Assembly (NCBI GenBank): GCA_050230475.1
Contig: JBFLGF010000223.1
Coordinates: 1-64,000 of the forward strand
Source of the DNA: Ancylonema sp.
Lineage: Eukaryota
Direction: 5' to 3'
DNA: 64,000 bases
The translations under genes were made by a program, and so were the position numbers. The notes beneath the pieces are model-generated. The model did no database searches. It was not told the DNA's origin and was given only the letters and a program-made list of their open reading frames with translations. Of the stretch, positions 22,831 to 40,872 are shown one piece after another. Position 1 is the stretch's first letter; the number at the start of each line of letters is the position of its first letter.

Positions 22831-24990
22831 ATGGAATTTACATTTTTGTAAAACTCCTTCCTCTTTTTTGGGTCATGAGGATTTCTCTTTTGTTTTTTTG
22901 TAGTGATCTTTGTCGTAGCAAAAACTCAAAAATAACGGAAATATCGATATTATAAAAAAAGAAGACTAGCGTTGTACCTAATCGGGTTAGAAGTTATTGT
23001 TGGAATTCGGTGATCCAGTTGTTATCTGAATCGGCTAAGTTCCAGCCTAGTCCGGAATGGTGAAAGCGATATATGGGTCATTGTCCCTGCTGACACATGT
23101 GCATGGGTTTGTTCATTTGAGTGATCGACACTTTTCGATATGTTAGTGATCGTTCATTAAGCTGTTGGGATAGTGTGGTTGACACACTTAGGAGTTGATG
23201 TGAACATGTGGTGCATGCTATCGACATGTTGTCGAGAGGTTGTTAGGCGGTCAAAGTTTGTTTGAGTTTGTTGAGCATTCCATATGATTTTGTGATATAG
23301 GTTAAACATTTGTATCGCATAATTGATTCTCTGCTAGAAGCATAGCGTGTTGTTGTGGCTCTCCCTTAATACTATTTCGTGCAGAGTGAGCATGCTTTGT
23401 GTCGAAAAGCATGTCTTTGAATGATCAAGTATTTTTTCATTCTATGTGTATGTGCGCTTGCCCTTGAGAGGTTTTTAGCAAAGACCATTTTGTGATATTG
23501 ACCAGCATGGCAGATCCGAATGGCAACACTTATGACAAAATCGGGTTCTTCCTATTCGGGTTCTTTCATGTGGCAAAATTTTCGAAGAGCCAAAAGTTCT
23601 ATATTTACGACGACTTATACACAATATGGATAATCTAGAAGATCAGCTTGCACTACCTATTCATATGCATTAATTTTATTTAGAACTCCAAAGGAAGAAA
23701 TAATACCCAGCCCCATCCGTGTATTTTTTCAATTATATCTCTTATCTAATAATAATATCTCCAAAAAAATCCATATATCTCTAGATGCCCCAACCCTCGC
23801 GGTTTAGATGAAAAGTTGTTGTACTTTCGAAAATTTCATTTAGGACGTACATTACTTTTCTCTACATCTTTATATACCGCACATTCCGAACGACGTACAT
23901 ATGTGCGTCACTTTTACTTTATACAATGTCAACGGCATGTGCTTACTAAAACACATGGGACGAAAATCGAGCTAGTTTTAGCCATTATCATCTTGTAGAG
24001 TATGGCGTTATTGAATTGACTTAAAGATCTCTGTTTGACATCCTCATTCACAAATAGCATGGGGTCCTAGTCTTACACAGGAAATATGGATTCGGCCATA
24101 GTTGCACGACACACGGAACACGTGTCGCATGTCGTCCATTGGAGACACACGACTGTTAGTATGTCCCCAACGTGTCGGTTCAGCGACACGTTGTACAGAA
24201 TGTCAGATCGTACAGGATAAAACGCGCTTTTTGACATAACCGTTAAGTTTTTAAATTCGAACTTCCAAAATCAGTCGTGTAAAAAAATAAATAAAACAAG
24301 CCTCCGTTTTTGTTCGTTTGTTTTTTTTTTGGAAAAAAAGATATTTTCCCGCCGTTATTTATTTTTTCCATTTTTGTCTTCGATATAACGACAGGATCAG
24401 GACGTGTCCGAGAGTGTCTGCACGTTTCCGCTATAGACACGCTTAACGGAGAGGGTAGGGGAACGTGTCGTAGATTCGGCTTTCTGTGTGGCCATTGCCA
24501 CCCTTCCCATACAAATGTTCATATCTCCAGCCACCCCCAGCCTCCGACCCATTCCTCTTCATCATCGGCCATCCCATCCATCCTTCACTTTTCACGTGTC
24601 AGCCCTGCCCAGCCACTCGGAGTACCATCATCTTCCGAGGCCCCCGTCTCTCCCCTGCACGGGACGGGGGATTGGAGCAGGGATGGGGAACGGAAGCAGG
24701 GAGTGCGTCGGACCCCGAATCACCGGAGGGGGCTGGCAGAGCCATCCAGTGACGGAGGCTTCAAAGAAATTCACACAACAGGCACCTGACGACACCTATG
24801 GCAACCTAGTCGACCCACCTTGATATCTACCACACGACGGCCATGCTCCACATTAGCTGACAATATTTACTCTTCTTCAACAAGTCATTCACGGAATCAC
24901 CTTGCGCCCGGAGCATGATATGGTGGCTAGCTAATACGTGAATTCGTACATAAGTTTAAGGTCATGCCAATGCCCTGAGTGTTTTTGGGC

Positions 24991-28324
<3,334 letters not shown>

Positions 28325-29497
28325 TGGAAGATATTTGCTGAATGCATCGTATGGAAGGATCAAATCCGATACTCTTTCGGTGTTGTTCAACAAAGTTTTT
28401 TCCAAAGAATATTTTCTTTGATGTTCGGTTGTTATTTTCCATTTTCTTAACAAGATTGTGACTAGGACGAGTGGCCGTGCATTTTACAAATTGTAAGGAA
28501 TCACAAATTGTGTATGGAAAGCATGATTTGTTTCGATAGCCAACATCGATGACACATACCAAATGCATTACGCGAGACGCGATCGGCGAGTTATCAGTGT
28601 GCGAAGCAAGTGTGTTTTGCGCATGGTTGTTTAGAGTCTGAGTGAAGTTTGGGTAGATTACATGTGTACAATCACCCGCGATTATATTTTTACAGATTGT
28701 CACAATGTGCTTTTAGGCATCAAAGCCTCAACCTCAGGCATTTTTGTGCCTCCTCCAGAAAACGTGTTTGGTATCTGTTTTGGCATATTGCCTTCCAATC
28801 GGCTCTCGCTTGAGAGCATCGGCTCATCTATACCGAGGACAAGCGATCTGAAATGGTAAACATTCATTCGCGAGAAAAAGCATGAAATGCACGAATGGTG
28901 AAAAGTGATATTTGGCCGAGTAACATAGTGCTCAGATGTACATCTCCCAACATTCATGCCTAGACAATGATAGGCAATCATATGTTATTTATCAAAAAAA
29001 TTATTGTTGTATTACCTCCATGTAATTTTGTTGTTTTGTTCGCACCATGTAGCCTATGAGCAAAAGAGCGAAGGAAAAACACTTGCACACATGCTTCACA
29101 ATGCCTCACCATCACTTGCTCTCAACACTCATCTTTAGGCACCTAGTTCTTATTCTTAAAACAACAGGAACCAGTAATAGACATCCGATCACAAACATAC
29201 CATACATGCATATTGCGTTGACACTCATCTTTGTACATTTACTTGCATCACACTCCATCTCGATCTAAATCTACCTCTTACTCCATTGCCCTGACTCCAT
29301 GCAAACTTACAAATCTCCTTCACCATTCAAACAAAAAAAATTGCTCAACATTTTGATACACCAAAAGCACACGACAGTGAACAACCTTTTGACTGCAGGC
29401 ATCATCATCCCTCAGCCTCCTCTTCTAGTGCTCCACACTTGTACAACCTAACCTCACCCAAATCGGCTGCTTTTTGCACCATTTCCCATCACTTTTT

Positions 29498-32400
29498 TCA
29501 TGAAGCAAGGGCTTCCCCGTTTGAAGTGACATTCACATTCGACAATTTCTCCTCCAACTCGACCTCCTCTTCCGTCACCACAGGAGGAATGGCATCGATC
29601 TTGTATCGCAACGACTACAACAACCAATCACAAGATCACACCGTGTAAATACCAAATACTAGAAACAATGTAGGCCTTCACCCCCCACACCATGTCCCCT
29701 AGCTGCCGCGTTTCAAACACATCTGGACTTTCACAAAAGTGTGTACACACTACATGTATATATGTGAGGATACGCATGTGTGGGTGTACATGAATCAACT
29801 CGAAACTAAACATCATATGATGAGAATATTTTGTACATCATCAATTGCCATCTTTTACCATCACCCAGATCATACATATTCTTGCGAGTATACTTATACA
29901 TTTTTGTGTACAAATATATGTGTGCTTACCCAATTACATACATACACATCTATAGGTCCACATACACATGCTAGCATATGTGCATTCCCTTTTACGTTCA
30001 GATATTGCAAACACACAAAAAAGATTACAGCCATTCTATCCTACTCAACCCTCCCCCTCTTACTTTTTTGTTGAGGTACGAGTACGTGTTGTCGAAAACA
30101 AAGGTGTACTTGCCAACCCCCGGGGAATTGAAGTTCCCCTGAACCAACCCAAGAAACAGGACATACCCTTCACCACTGTATAGGCACAATAACACCCCTC
30201 TCATTCCAAAGCGCCACTACGCATGGACATTGCATAGAGGGTTCTGTGTTAAACCCTACACTCAAACTCACCTGATTCGCCTCTAGCCGCTGGTACGGCA
30301 CAATGCCCTGATGGGCAGGAAGGGGGGGAAGGGGGGGCAGGGTCAATGTCAAGAGAATAGTTGGTTTGGGAGAACGTTTATGATAAAACGAGTGAACAAT
30401 TGCCAAGGAAAATACATCCTCTGAGCATGTCATTGCCCTTGCTCTGGGCTGTATCGTCCAATAAGTAAAGCTTCACACTCTCTCACCCTCCCCCACCCCC
30501 CCCCCCTCCCCCTCTTTGTACCGTTTTCACAGAGGAGGCGTCAAGGAAGTCCACAGAAAAGCCCACATCCTGACAGCCACAGATGCCAAACAAGATCCAA
30601 TGAGGAACTGCCACGTGGCTGTTTCCAAAAAAAACCCCCAAAAAATCAAAAAAAAAAAAAAAAAAACCTAAAACCCCCAAAAACCTCCAAAAACCCAGGG
30701 GAACCCAAGGAATGTTTAATATATTAAAACCCCAAACCTGAGCGCCCACTGACCTAGAAAAGGCGACGAAGTCTGATTCCCAGAACCCCGAATCTCAAAA
30801 CCTTGAACCTAAATGACTAGAAACGTATTTTTTTTTATAACCCCACAGCTGTAGAACCCCAAAATCCCAATATTTATAACCGAAGGAAATCGGAGCACCT
30901 CTCTTCCGAGTTTTTTTTCCGATTTTTCTTGTAGGGTTTTTTTAATAAACTCCCTTCCATTTTCTTACCTTCCCTATCGTGAGGTTGAAATCCCAGGCCA
31001 CCACCGACCCCTCTGCCTCCACCTCCAGCTCCACCTGTCACGTCCAGCCATGCCAGGTGGCAGTGCCCACACACCTCACGTCAGCAGCTTAGATTACCAC
31101 TTCACACACGCCACCACTTCCAGACTCCTATCCACCGACGGAACCTTCTTGGCAACTTCTCGGAACCTTCATGGAAGCTTCCTACCTCGTGTTTGTACCC
31201 GTTGGCCACTATCACTTCCTTAAACTGGTCTCCTTTCCTGGAAATTGCCCAACCACCCCAATGACGTCATCATGACTCGGTCCTTGTGCACACCACACTG
31301 CCCCCCCCCCCCCATCTCTATCTTCCGATATTGACGTTGCGAGTCCCCCCACTCACGCCAGATCTTCTGCTGACATGGCGTCTTCTGCCGGGATGAGGAA
31401 GGGCGCGTTCTCGAACAGTTGTCTGCAACCGAAAGACAAAAGACCCAAAAAAATGATGAAAAACAATGGCGAAGGAGGCGGAATCAACAGCGAATCACAC
31501 ACGTGTCGGTCGCTCCAAAAGAGCGACTTCTTTCCTCTGAAGCAGCTGGATATAATTTTGGGTCAGGAGTTGACTGGGGTTAGATGTACGCGGTTAGGTT
31601 TTGGAGTGTGGGTGAGGTTGTGGTGCCTTAGGGTAGTTAGGAAGCGGGTGAATTCGGAGCAGTATAGCTCCACCGCCTCGTCCATCAGCGCGATCAGCTC
31701 CTTGCCGTTTCTGGAAAGGAAGGGAGGGAACAGGGTTTAACAGTCCGTATGGTTTGCTTTCGTTTCATTCAGTTGGTTTGTCGAGCTGGTTTGGTGTGTG
31801 TTCGCTTGGTTTGATGTGGGTTTGGTTGGTTTGGATTGGTTGGTCAGTTGGTTCGGGTTGGTACAGCTTGGTTTGGTATGGTTTGGTTTGGTTTGGTGTG
31901 AGGGTGGTGTGAGCGAGTCGGGGTAGTAAGTGAGGAATGGCAGTTCTTGGCTCACAACTTTGCGATGGGTCAGAGGTTTGCGACACATAATGATCATCAG
32001 CTTGATGATTAGAAACACAAAACCATCCAAGTATTCCCATCCTCTAACAATGATGAGTGTGTGATGCGAGTGAACTGACGTCAGGAAACCAAAATAATGA
32101 ATACAACAATGATACTGATTATAACGACGATACTGATTATGATGATCATAATAATGATGATGATGATGATTATGATTATGATGATTATGATGATTATGAC
32201 GATGATGATGATGATGATTATGATGACGATGGTGATGATGATGATGATGATAGTGATTATGATGATGATTATGATAATAAATTATGATGATTATGATGAT
32301 TATGATGATTATGATGATTACGATGATTATGATATAATGATTATCCATATGATAATAAACACGTCAAGATCATTGTCACTGCAGGGTATCATGGAGGGGG

Positions 32401-32834
32401 GCTCACTCGGCCTGCTGCTCGAACACCTTCCACCACAGATACAGGAAGATCCGGATCCGGTTCACAAAGGCGGTTAGCGTGTACAGGTGGGGCCCGTACC
32501 GGTTCCTCTGCTCCTCCATAGGACTGCTCCTTGCCCCCAAAATCCCAAAAAACTGCGTTACTCCCCTCACCTCCAAGCCGTGTCTCTGTGAGTCTTGAGC
32601 AATGATAAGGGATGGTCACCACCTCCCCCTCTAGCAGCTTCCATGCCCCATAAGGCCTCCTGCATACTGAACTGCTTCCGGACAGTCGTATACTCAGCAG
32701 GCGACACGTGTCCAGAGGTCAGCGATTGGGAGAAACAGGGGTATCACACTTCTCTCAAATGCCCCTCCTATACAGCCCCATTTGTCGCCCAGAAAACCCA
32801 ATACGTGACACCCTATATATACAGATATATCTAC

Positions 32835-32880
<46 letters not shown>

Positions 32881-33182
32881 ACATGAATATATATATACGT
32901 ATATATACATATATATATACATATATATATACATGTGTATATATTTATACACATATGTATATATATATACATATGTATATACATATATATATATATATGT
33001 ATATATATATAGACACATATATATATATATGTACATATATATGTATATATGAATATATATACATATATATATACATATATATATATATAAATATGTATAT
33101 ATATATACATATATATATATACATATATATATACATATGTGTATATATTTATACATATATATATAAATATACATATGTCTAT

Positions 33183-33235
<53 letters not shown>

Positions 33236-36184
33236 TACGCGTGTATAGATACCCGTTTATTTGTCACCCATTCCCTGTCATCTCTTACTTGTCGCCCCTT
33301 TCTCTCACCCGTTGTGATCATTGATCTGACGCACAAAATCCAGCAGCACCTGCTCGCAGAGCCACCCCCCACCCACATAGCCCCCAAATTACTCCCCCTC
33401 TACAGTAATGACCCTCTGATCCCACACCTGCCCCCTCTACTCCCTCTGCCTTCCTCTCCTCACTATGCCTCTAACTGCCAGCTGTCAACTATCCCTGCTG
33501 ACCAGCTGTGAGCGGGGTGGGGCAGGGCAGCTATTTTGTTTGAGACGGATATCTAGTTTCCCACTGTGTAAGTGCAGAGTCCTACTGGGTTCGCATGATC
33601 TGCTTCATGCCTCTGACCAGATGAAAGCATTGCTGTAAAAGGAACACATCCAGGCGGTATACATTCAAAAATGAATGATCAAGAATTGACCTTGTGCTGT
33701 TACACTGCTGTATCAACAGTGTTTCAATCATGTCCCCCCCTCCCATCCCCATGCCCCTCACTTGAGGCACACCGACAAGGAAAGACACGAGTGTGCGGTA
33801 CACGCCTGTAGCGGCCCCGAGAGCGGCCAGAGTTTTCCGCCTAAACATCCAAAAAAATATTCATATTAATTATCAATATAATTTCGGGAAAAAAAAAAAA
33901 AAAAAAACTGTCTGATGAATCTCATGCGATGTATACCGTCTACATCTCATTCCCACTTCCACCCAACCCATAACTGCTTCAGAGATAGCTTTACCCCATA
34001 CCTTCCTGCCTCACTCTTTCAGGCCAGGCTGATGCATCCAATCATCCGCATTCCGAGTGCGAAATCCACAATCTTCTAACCACTCCTCACCCTGACTGCC
34101 ATAGCTTTCTGCCATAGCTTTCTCTCTTGCCGCCTTAGCAAGTCCCCTCTACGCCCTCCTGCCACCTAGACTTTGCTGACCTGTCCATCTGTTGCTGCCA
34201 CAGCAGAGCGTACTTCTGCTCAATGCTTCCCCCCGAGGACAGGAGGGTCTCCAGCTCCAGCTGCCTCTTCTTTTCGGATCGCTCTTTCTGGACCGTGATC
34301 AAACTGCCGCGGAAGTCTTGGGGCAAGTACGTGAACACTGCACAGGTCGGTTATAACAACACACTTGTCTATATAACAAGGGGTGCAGGGCCTTGGTGAC
34401 GATGTGAGTGAGGTGAGGTGTGTTGAGATGTGGACTCGCGTTTTGGGGGAATGTCCAGGAAGGTTCTGAGAAGCTTCCAGCTGTGACTACGGCAGGCGAA
34501 GTGAGCGCCTTACCCATTTCAGACACCTTATCCGATGTGTCTCTCTGGTAGACCCGCACAGAGTCCAGGAGCTTAGAGATCTGTTCAAACCACCTGACTG
34601 TTGCTTCGCCCAGAGACTTGGACAGGTCGGTGTCGCCTGCAACCACCTGTGGGCAAAACAAAGGGAATCATCACTCATGCTGTAGACAGACTTATATTGA
34701 AACAGACAAAACTGGTTTGGCATTTGTCTCAGACATTGCGTGTGTTTCAATGCATGCATGTGAATGTATTGAAAAGAGGTGTGACCGGTAGTTGCGCTGC
34801 TTTAATTTGCCCATTTGTCAATCATCTCTGCTTTCATTTCGTTTTCTCGCGAGGAATATTGAGTGCAGACTCGTCAGATGTATGGTTCCTGTGTGAATGC
34901 TTTTGTTTTATTTTTAATTGCTTTTAACTGCTTTTTATTCTAATATTCATTTTTAAATGTCCAGAGGTACGCCACTCAATTCCTTTCCTGATACTATTTT
35001 TCGATCCTTCTGTTTCGGTCATCATGTACACGACTCTCTTACAAGACATTAGAATAGTCACAACATACAATGCCGTATCCGCGCTTCGGATGTGAAATAA
35101 GTTGCAGTCAATGCAAAGATTCAAAACGTCAAACAGCGGGATAGCGGTGCCACATCAGCCATAAAGTAAAGAACCCCTGTACGGTTGAAGCCATAAAAGT
35201 CATGATTTCCATCTACTTCTGGCTCTGTAACTGCATCCTGTGAGTGTAGCGTATCGTGAGTGCAGTTGGCCACTCTGATTAAAACCCCAAAACAGTGCAA
35301 CCTCACTCCACACATACATCACCAACAATGCCACCACAATGATACAAAGCACTTGTTCATCTACTCCTGTTCATCGTCTCCCGGGATTGAGTGGCCATTA
35401 TTCACATGCTGCTAAACTGTTTACATTTCTTTTGCCAATAAGAAGGGACAAGTAGCGAAAGGAAAGACTCGATCAGTGGTGGTGAAGGATTGATAGGGAG
35501 GGACGGGGAGGAGAAAGGGAACGCGACATTTTTTCCGAAGAACCTCCGAGTAAAAAATATAAACACACCTTAGCAAGCATGATCCACATCTGACAAAACA
35601 AAAAATGTGGTCTATTTTTAATATGATTACACAATCACGGGATTCGCCATGAAGCTGCAGTATGTGTGGATTATGAAAGGCCGAAACGGAAACAACATGC
35701 AATGACGTGCTTGCACGACTTACCGCCGCAGGCCAATGGTCCTTCTCTAAAAGGTAAAGGATCTCTTCTAGCTGCTCCCGGTTCTTCCACAGGTTCTCAT
35801 CAATTTTGTGAGGTGGAGTGACGGTCATCTTCTCCACAACCCCATCGTCACCTGCAAAACGTCATCCAAAGTACATATGATAATTTATATCACGGACACG
35901 CACCGGACTCGCACCCTCGAACTGTTTCATGGAGTGGTCAAGGAGTCAGTATTATTTTTTTGGTCAAGCCTGACGCGTTCCTTTCTCAGACAGAATGACA
36001 GCAACAGATCCAAGAAGTACCAACCTGCGTCCTTGGTTCGCTGATCATCCATGCTTTGAGAAAGCGCCATGAGTTTTTCCTCTGATTTTATTACTTCTGG
36101 TCGAATGTTCTCAAAGGGATAGCCATCGTAGAACTTGGAAAGAAACGCCTTCGTGATAGGGATCAGCCCCTTCGTGGACGCCAT
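29498..36184 (-). CDS. GOLD-domain protein (At5g01010-like). Exons 36184-36025, 35851-35724, 34646-34514, 34337-34181, 33840-33762, 33349-33309, 32523-32407, 31710-31627, 31422-31357, 31237-31186, 31034-30969, 30569-30522, 30307-30272, 30138-30064, 29614-29498
   Basis: [91 protein letters not shown], and GOLD motifs [29 protein letters not shown]. All junctions phase-compatible; one needs a GC donor. Confidence 0.9.
32095..32350. repeat. (GAT/TAT)n trinucleotide microsatellite, intronic
   Basis: Read directly. Confidence 0.93.
32815..33236. repeat. Degenerate (AT)n microsatellite, intronic
   Basis: Read directly. Confidence 0.95.
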
Positions 36185-36701
36185 AATTTTCCTGTTTCAC
36201 CTTCGCTGAGAATCGTGTGCGCACGGCAAATAAATAAAAAAAACTCCCAGCTCCAAGTTTGTCTACCTACTACAACTTCAAATCAAGCTACTCTAGGGGA
36301 AATGCGAGTCTGCTATGACATTTGTGCACCTCACCGCAATTTGACAACGCTCGTCTCTTCTTCCTGAACTGCACCAGCCTCCGAACCAAGGCACTAGCGT
36401 AACCTTGCTGTGGAGGGGGTAAATAACGCCATAACTGCTCGAGCCGATCTAGAGATGTGTTAATAGCACCGGCATCGAACATGTTTGTATTTTGGGTTCG
36501 CGAAACGAAATAGTTCAGATTGGATATCGATATTTCGACCAATAGAGACGGTAATCGATTATTGGTTTGGCACAATATGGCAGGACAGTCGTACATAATT
36601 GGAGGAGAATCAATTTCTAGTAAGATTCATTCTCACTCATGCGATGGAAAAATGATTCGAGCAGAAACGGAATCTCGAATCGTTACAAAGCAGTCTCAAA
36701 G

Positions 36702-36982
36702 AAGAGAATTGTGTCTTATTGAAAAACGACGGGAACCCCATCTCATTGCATTAACGTGCCTGTATAGAAACTGCATATCCTAAATACGACAAATTGTGAG
36801 CCGATCGTCCTTGACAAAACCAGCAACAGTATGCAACTCCGCAACAGAAAGTGGAGCGCGTGGTGGTGGAGGAGGTAACAAGGCCATGGATTCCTCTAGA
36901 CGTAGGGTTCTAGCATGTATCGCATGTGCTAGCGACCGTTGCAATGCAATCGACACTCTCTGACGGAACCACGTGCACAACA
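36702..36982 (-). mobile_element. Short 5'-truncated copy of the same RLE non-LTR retrotransposon, with 10-bp TSD
   Basis: Encodes CTWFRQRVSIALQRSLAHAIHA... plus a 3' UTR homologous to 18270-18560. Flanked by AGTCTCAAAG at 36692-36701 and 36983-36992. Confidence 0.88.
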
Positions 36983-37094
36983 AGTCTCAAAGGTTCCAAC
37001 TCGTGCAGAGTCCGTCACAAAGTACATCCGTCGTTGTCAAAGGCAAAAAACATGACATTGAACGAACTTCGAACCAACCGTTATTTTTAAGAAG

Positions 37095-37392
37095 TAAAAA
37101 CAAAAAACTATAAACAAAAACAAAAACAAAAACAAAAACAAAAACAAAAACAAAAACAAAACAAAAAACTAAACAAAAAACTAAACAAAAACAAAAACAA
37201 AAACAAAAACAAAAACAAAAACAAAAAAAAACAAAACAAAACTAAAACTAAAACTAAAACTAAAACTAAAACTAAAACTAAAACTAAAACAAAAACAAAA
37301 ACAAAAACAAAAACAAAAACAAAAACAAAAACAAAAACTAAAACTAAAACTAAAACTAAAACAAAAACAAAAACAAAAAACAAAAAACAAAA
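37095..37392. repeat. (AAAAAC)n / (AAAACT)n hexamer microsatellite
   Basis: Read directly. Confidence 0.95.
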
Positions 37393-40300
37393 AAATATGA
37401 AAAATAAACACACTTGCACGTTGTGTTGGGCCCAAACGTATTTTGGGGTGCGTTTGGTTATGTTGTGCTATCTAACATCGTGTCTTCCCCACACATGCAA
37501 TACTATCACTCCCATGAACGTCATCGTCATATGCGACTCACACGCGCGAAATTACACTTAACTACACACGTGCTCGCTCACACATGAAATATGATCTAGT
37601 CTAGATCCGCATTCCCACACATGCGATACAATTAAATGGCTACCGCCGACATAGCATTAGCTCATGGTTTCTCGTCCAACACCTCCATGTGCCAATTGGA
37701 TCTCACTATTCTGCCTATGGGAAAGTCAGTGCCAAGGCTTGGAAGTATTGTGGCCGAATCGTTAGGTGGATTGTAAAGGTTGTTGCTTTAGGTATCGATC
37801 CTGAATGCAAGATCACACATTCAAATGCGCATTACAATTTGATAAAGAATGCGAAAATGCACAGGCCAACCAAACACACTAAATACATCGACTTTATACG
37901 ATATTGCCAATGCAAAATAACAACATGTCTCCAAGGTGCACTCTGACCGAATGAGGCCAAAGTGCAAGTCGTATAAGTCACATATTGCAGCTAGGAGCTG
38001 CGTGTATACATACAAATACTAGATTGAATTATTGGATTTTACACCATTTGCATTATTGGCAGATGTTTGTATTGGCAAAATTTGAGTGATGAGAGTTCGT
38101 GTCGTCGTAATGTACACGCAGCAGTAAATGGCGGAGGTCGGCACTAAGCTATACAGCAAGAGGTACTCTGTGGCAGCCATCGATTGTATCGAGTTGTAGA
38201 GCCCATAGGCATGTTGTCATTATTAAAATACTTGGCTAAGAGTGAAGATGCTTGCACGTTGGTCGGTGGGTGCCGCGACGATCTTAGATTATTTGGGAGC
38301 TAGGAACTTATGTGCAGTCGCGGAGCACTCTAAAAAGTGATGCATTTAGGTGTTACAAACTGCAATTCTATGTGTATGCATGGCCGTAAAGCAGCTTATA
38401 AGCATGCAAAAGATAATATGTCTCCTCACTTGAACTTCGCTCATTCATGCTTATACGATCACCACTAAGTTTAGAAGCTACTTGATGCATTTGCGTGTGC
38501 ACATGTGGTTGCAAAGATTTAGAAATAGAGTACTCTAGTAGGATTGAAGTGAAAAAAACCGAAGCCTTGGATGCTATACTATGCTGATGCCTATCTTACA
38601 CACAAGCACATAAATCTACATACATGTCTGCAGAGTTAGAGTCGCCTAGAAAGTGTTCGCAATGAAATGTAACTAACATCATCAACAGTGCATGTCTTAC
38701 GCCTGCGATCCATCTCGATCAATTCGACGTAGTTCGCAAAAGTTCCTCTCGCACCACTAGATGCTTTAGCTACATCAGACTTCTCGCGATTTGTGCATGG
38801 CCCACGACTTTGTACGACGAATAAAATTTTGAGAATTTACAAAGACCGGGAATGAAAAATAAGACGCGTTCAATTTCTAACAGCTCTCACATAAGAACTT
38901 GAGTAAGGATCTTTGCGTGTCATATTAATGACCAACCATGAAAGATCACAGCGAGAAAAAGTACACTCGTACGGGAAACCGAGCTCTCGAAAGGAACGCT
39001 TATCAATCTCGTCAGAAGAGTATCAAGTGTATAGCAAAACACCACACATGTGATATGCGATGCTCCTTGCAGCGAGACGCAAAACAACAATAAAGGAAGA
39101 AGTGTCAGCAGCATCATAGATGGAGACGTGCGTCTGAGTTCGGTTTCGCTTGCGTGACCGATCAAGGGGTACGAAGAAGTACGAGAGGGGTACCATCGAA
39201 GCGAATTTATGTTACGTGTAGTGTCCGCCATTCTGGTCCGGAACAACAACCAGGATTTTCTCTAGTCACACAAGTTAGGAGCGCACTTGCGTAATGATGA
39301 AACAAGCATCCATTGCGAGTAGAATGCTTATGACAAGTTCCTGCATCAGGCTATACGCATCTCATACGATGATGAGACGGACACGCACAACCTTAAGCCA
39401 ATATGCAAGAGGATTAATTATGGCAACAATGTTTTGCCTATATGCTCGAGGAGTGCCGGATGCTTGGCGAACACTAAAAACCGTTAATCTCAACCTACGG
39501 TACTAATGCGTTCATATCAGCCGACACAAGGCATATTCCGTACACATAATTCAAGTGAAACTATGAGTGCGCACGCGCGCGAATTCAACTCAAGCAAACG
39601 TAACTAAATGACGAATCAACTTCCCATCACATTCTCCATCTCGAACACGGCTGAATTAAAGCATATTCAGATTACAACCGGATAACCGGATTCTAACAAT
39701 TTAGTGATCATAAAATCGGCCTCTATCTGGCGATTACTTTCTCATGAAAACTTAGGTTTCGTTAGAGCAGATTTTATGACCACTCGTTTCGGTCAGTCGA
39801 TTTGAAAAGATTCCGTTTTTCGCGAAAATAGCGATTTTCACGCATATTATGACCACTCCGTCTGAACCAAATAATGAAATATTGGTTCGAGCTCCCTCAT
39901 TTCCAAAACGATTGTCAATCGTTATTTGTCCAAATAATGAGTGACAATCGTTTTGAAATCGAGAGCGCGAGACATACGTGGTACACTCGTGGTGGTCCAC
40001 TCGCGTGTAAAATACTTCAAATTTTCGAGATGACGTCGGGGGTACGATCATTTCCGAATCGAGTGGTCATATAATATGCCCAAGTTAACGACGTTTTTAA
40101 GGTTGCGAATATTTGTTGAAATAACACCGGGAAAAAGATTCTCACTCGTTATGACCTTTCGATATTTGAAATACGGTACGAATCGTCGGAATGTATATCC
40201 TGAGGCACTCAATAATAGTCGTTAAGTGATATCTCAATACCCGAAATCACTTCACGCCGTTAACCGGCGATTTTTATCGAAAAGTGACTTCGAGAAGTGA

Positions 40301-40430
40301 TCATGCGCTAAAAAAACCCACCACTTGGGACGGAACAATACAGACGGAATACTTCAGACGGAAGATTTGTCAGGAGATTTTGGTGCATAAAATTTCCGAA
40401 GACGGATTTGAGCGTGACTCAACGCGGCGT

Positions 40431-40547
40431 GGATCCTCCAAATATGCTAATATTGTCGGGTTTGAATCACGGTTAAATTGTACGGGTTTGAAGTAGTTAA
40501 TTTCCCCGGGCGGGTGACATGTTTCACGTACGGGTCCGGATAATGTC
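40431..40547 (+). repeat. Dispersed ~115-bp element, copy 2, with a partial third copy near 40630-40700
   Basis: Aligns with the reverse complement of 7400-7514; AATATTGTCGGGTTT recurs at ~40651. Confidence 0.85.
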
Positions 40548-40872
40548 GGAACACTGTTCTGATCGTGTAACCAGTCTCTACCCGTTTTATCGTATCCTCG
40601 TTGAGTGCGCCTACATCGAGAGGATGCCGGACCATTTGTCCTGATAGCCAAATATTGTCGGGTTTCTTCGAGGGTTTAAATCAACGGGTTTTTAAAACCC
40701 GATGTGCGACGAGTTGACCTGGAATTCCCACATGTTGGGAAAAAACGTGTGTCAATATCTGGAAAGGCCATTAGGTTCCACGTCCCGCAATCCACGTTGC
40801 GCCACTGAAGAAGACTTGATGGCCAACCATCAAGTCACCTTATCTCGAATGTATGCCTAAATCAATGACTTC

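Noticed and set aside
24095..24475. Cluster of GACACG/CGTGTC motifs suggesting a DNA-transposon end
   Set aside because: No termini or TSD could be defined; too degraded to call.
31737..32477. Poly-His, poly-Asp and poly-Met ORFs
   Set aside because: Translations of an intronic (GAT)n repeat.
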